DNA of 49,022 nt from a virus (lineage: Duplodnaviria > Caudoviricetes): positions 1 to 49,022 of IMG/VR virus record IMGVR_UViG_3300037195_000203. One strand, written 5' to 3'. Position numbers and translations under genes: made by a program. Below are positions 47,732-49,022 of the stretch, piece after piece. The notes below the pieces were generated by a model, which saw only the letters and a program-made list of their open reading frames with translations, did no database searches and was not told the DNA's origin. Positions within the stretch are counted from its first letter, which is position 1. Every line of letters begins with the position of its first letter.

Positions 47732-48333
47732 TGCAAGATCAGAACAAAACAATGATATATTTACAAGCAGCACAAGCTGGTATGCAGTCGATACATCTAG
47801 CTAGAGGTGGTGATACACCAGCAACTAGAGCAGCATACAACGAAGCTTACGCAGCAGCAGTAGAGAGATCTAATGCTACGAGACAGATAAATATAGCAGA
47901 AGCAAACATAGCTGCCACTATGCAAGATAAAGTATTGAGTAATATGAAGATACAACAAAATCAAATGCAGGCAGCAGCAGTAGCCACCTTGACATCAGCA
48001 GCCGCTGGTGTTGGAGGTAGGTCTGTAGAAGATGTTATGTATGGTATAGATAGTAACGCTATCAATGCTATGGAAGCAACTGACGCTATAGCAGAACAAC
48101 AGATTGAGAAACTTGGAGCAACTATCTTTGATGCTAAATCAAAGCATGACTCTGTAACAGAAACAAGACGTAGTACTACAGGTGGTTTATTGCAAGCCTT
48201 TAGTTCAATAGATCGTAAAGATCTTGATAGGTTAGCTACACTATTAGACACATCTGATAAAGATACATCTGAACAACGTAATGGTGGGATGACCCGTGAT
48301 GAAGAATCTTTCTCAGATAACATAGGAGGATAG
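47731..48333 (+). CDS. Internal virion protein A (gp14-like)
   Basis: Ala/Gln-rich helical protein with AAAGVGGRSV; synteny. Confidence 0.75.
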   Translation: MQDQNKTMIYLQAAQAGMQSIHLARGGDTPATRAAYNEAYAAAVERSNATRQINIAEANIAATMQDKVLSNMKIQQNQMQAAAVATLTSAAAGVGGRSVEDVMYGIDSNAINAMEATDAIAEQQIEKLGATIFDAKSKHDSVTETRRSTTGGLLQAFSSIDRKDLDRLATLLDTSDKDTSEQRNGGMTRDEESFSDNIGG

Positions 48334-48334
48334 T

Positions 48335-49022
48335 ATGCCAGAGGCAATACAAGTTCCCTTACGTAGTGCTGTAAAAGACGCTAACGCAGGGATAGTAAAT
48401 GATACTGTTGCCAAGCAACATGCTAGAACAGAATCAATAAAACAAAGAAAAGCTTCTGAGTTAGAAACAGGTGTAGAATCCTTTAGTACATCCTTTGGTA
48501 AGATAGTAGAGCAGTATGCTGATGAACATGTGGCAGACGTTAAGTTACAGAAAGAACTTAAAGGTCGTATGGATCAAGGTAGTGATCTTGCTATTAACGC
48601 TATATCAGAAGATAAGAAACGTCATGGGTGGCAAGAAGCTTTATTCGGTCAAGACATTGAATATAGAGCTGCCCAGCAACAGCAAGCTAAGAACATTATA
48701 CGAGATAAGTATAACGAGACTTTGTATAGTATTAGCCAGCATGCTGGTGAAACACCTGAAGAATACCAGAAGCGTTTATCTGGTACGCTCACGGAGATTA
48801 TAGAGCCGTTTGAAGGTGATAAAGAAACCCAGGGTCTATTGGCTAATGCTTGGATGGATCATGCTGAAAAGTTGTCTAACGTCCATTTTAAAGAGCATTA
48901 TGGGTATAATCTGCAACAGCAACGTTTAGCTATGGACGACCACCATGAGAAAACTCTTGAGACTCTAAGTATAGAAGCTAGTAAGAGTACAGATCCAGAA
49001 CAAACTAAGGAACTATACCAAA
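48335..49022 (+). CDS. Internal virion protein B, 5' part (continues at base 1)
   Basis: GGAGG RBS, ATG 48335 (MPEAIQVPLRS...), open to the window end and in frame with 1..1773. Confidence 0.75.
   Translation, partial: MPEAIQVPLRSAVKDANAGIVNDTVAKQHARTESIKQRKASELETGVESFSTSFGKIVEQYADEHVADVKLQKELKGRMDQGSDLAINAISEDKKRHGWQEALFGQDIEYRAAQQQQAKNIIRDKYNETLYSISQHAGETPEEYQKRLSGTLTEIIEPFEGDKETQGLLANAWMDHAEKLSNVHFKEHYGYNLQQQRLAMDDHHEKTLETLSIEASKSTDPEQTKELYQ
48944..49020. repeat. End overlap identical to 1..77
   Basis: Exact match. Confidence 0.95.

Noticed and set aside
3257-48347. Minus-strand ORFs and alternate-frame plus-strand ORFs (e.g. 21675, 22116, 25611, 30003, 33012, 48516)
   Set aside because: They are shadows of well-supported + strand genes and show no recognisable motifs; the genome appears unidirectional.
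48944-49022. 77-bp end repeat as the biological terminal repeat
   Set aside because: It lies mid-gene in a virion protein and has a k-mer-like length; it is best explained as a circular assembly overlap.
1-49022. Integrase/repressor, introns or inteins, alternative genetic code
   Set aside because: No such motifs were seen; core genes are uninterrupted and of normal length under the standard code.

Overview
The window is an essentially complete, circularly permuted genome (~48.94 kb after removing a 77-bp end overlap) of a lytic T7-supergroup (Autographiviridae-like) podophage. All credible genes are on the + strand. The likely biological start is the non-coding block at ~18.9-19.4 kb. From there the order is: small early genes, an early T7-type RNA polymerase (RNAP1, 692 aa), then a replication and nucleotide module (primase, DnaB-like helicase, gp1.7-like protein, class II ribonucleotide reductase, dUTPase, M15 peptidase, family A DNA polymerase, exonuclease, ligase, endonuclease VII). 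Next come a second T7-type RNA polymerase (RNAP2, 805 aa, phiKMV-like position), portal, scaffold, capsid, tail tube A/B, three internal virion proteins, tail adaptor and spikes, lysis candidates and terminase. Most notable: (1) two motif-complete single-subunit RNAPs, the early one missing ~50 aa of the thumb and carrying a different specificity loop; (2) a 2378-aa ejection protein with an apparently intact N-terminal staphylococcal-nuclease domain; (3) a repeated double-hairpin leader with compensatory changes before early genes; (4) two structure-dense intergenic RNA candidates and a family of long RNase III-like stems; (5) several unannotated membrane micro-proteins. All assignments come from motif recognition by eye; no searches or folding programs were run.
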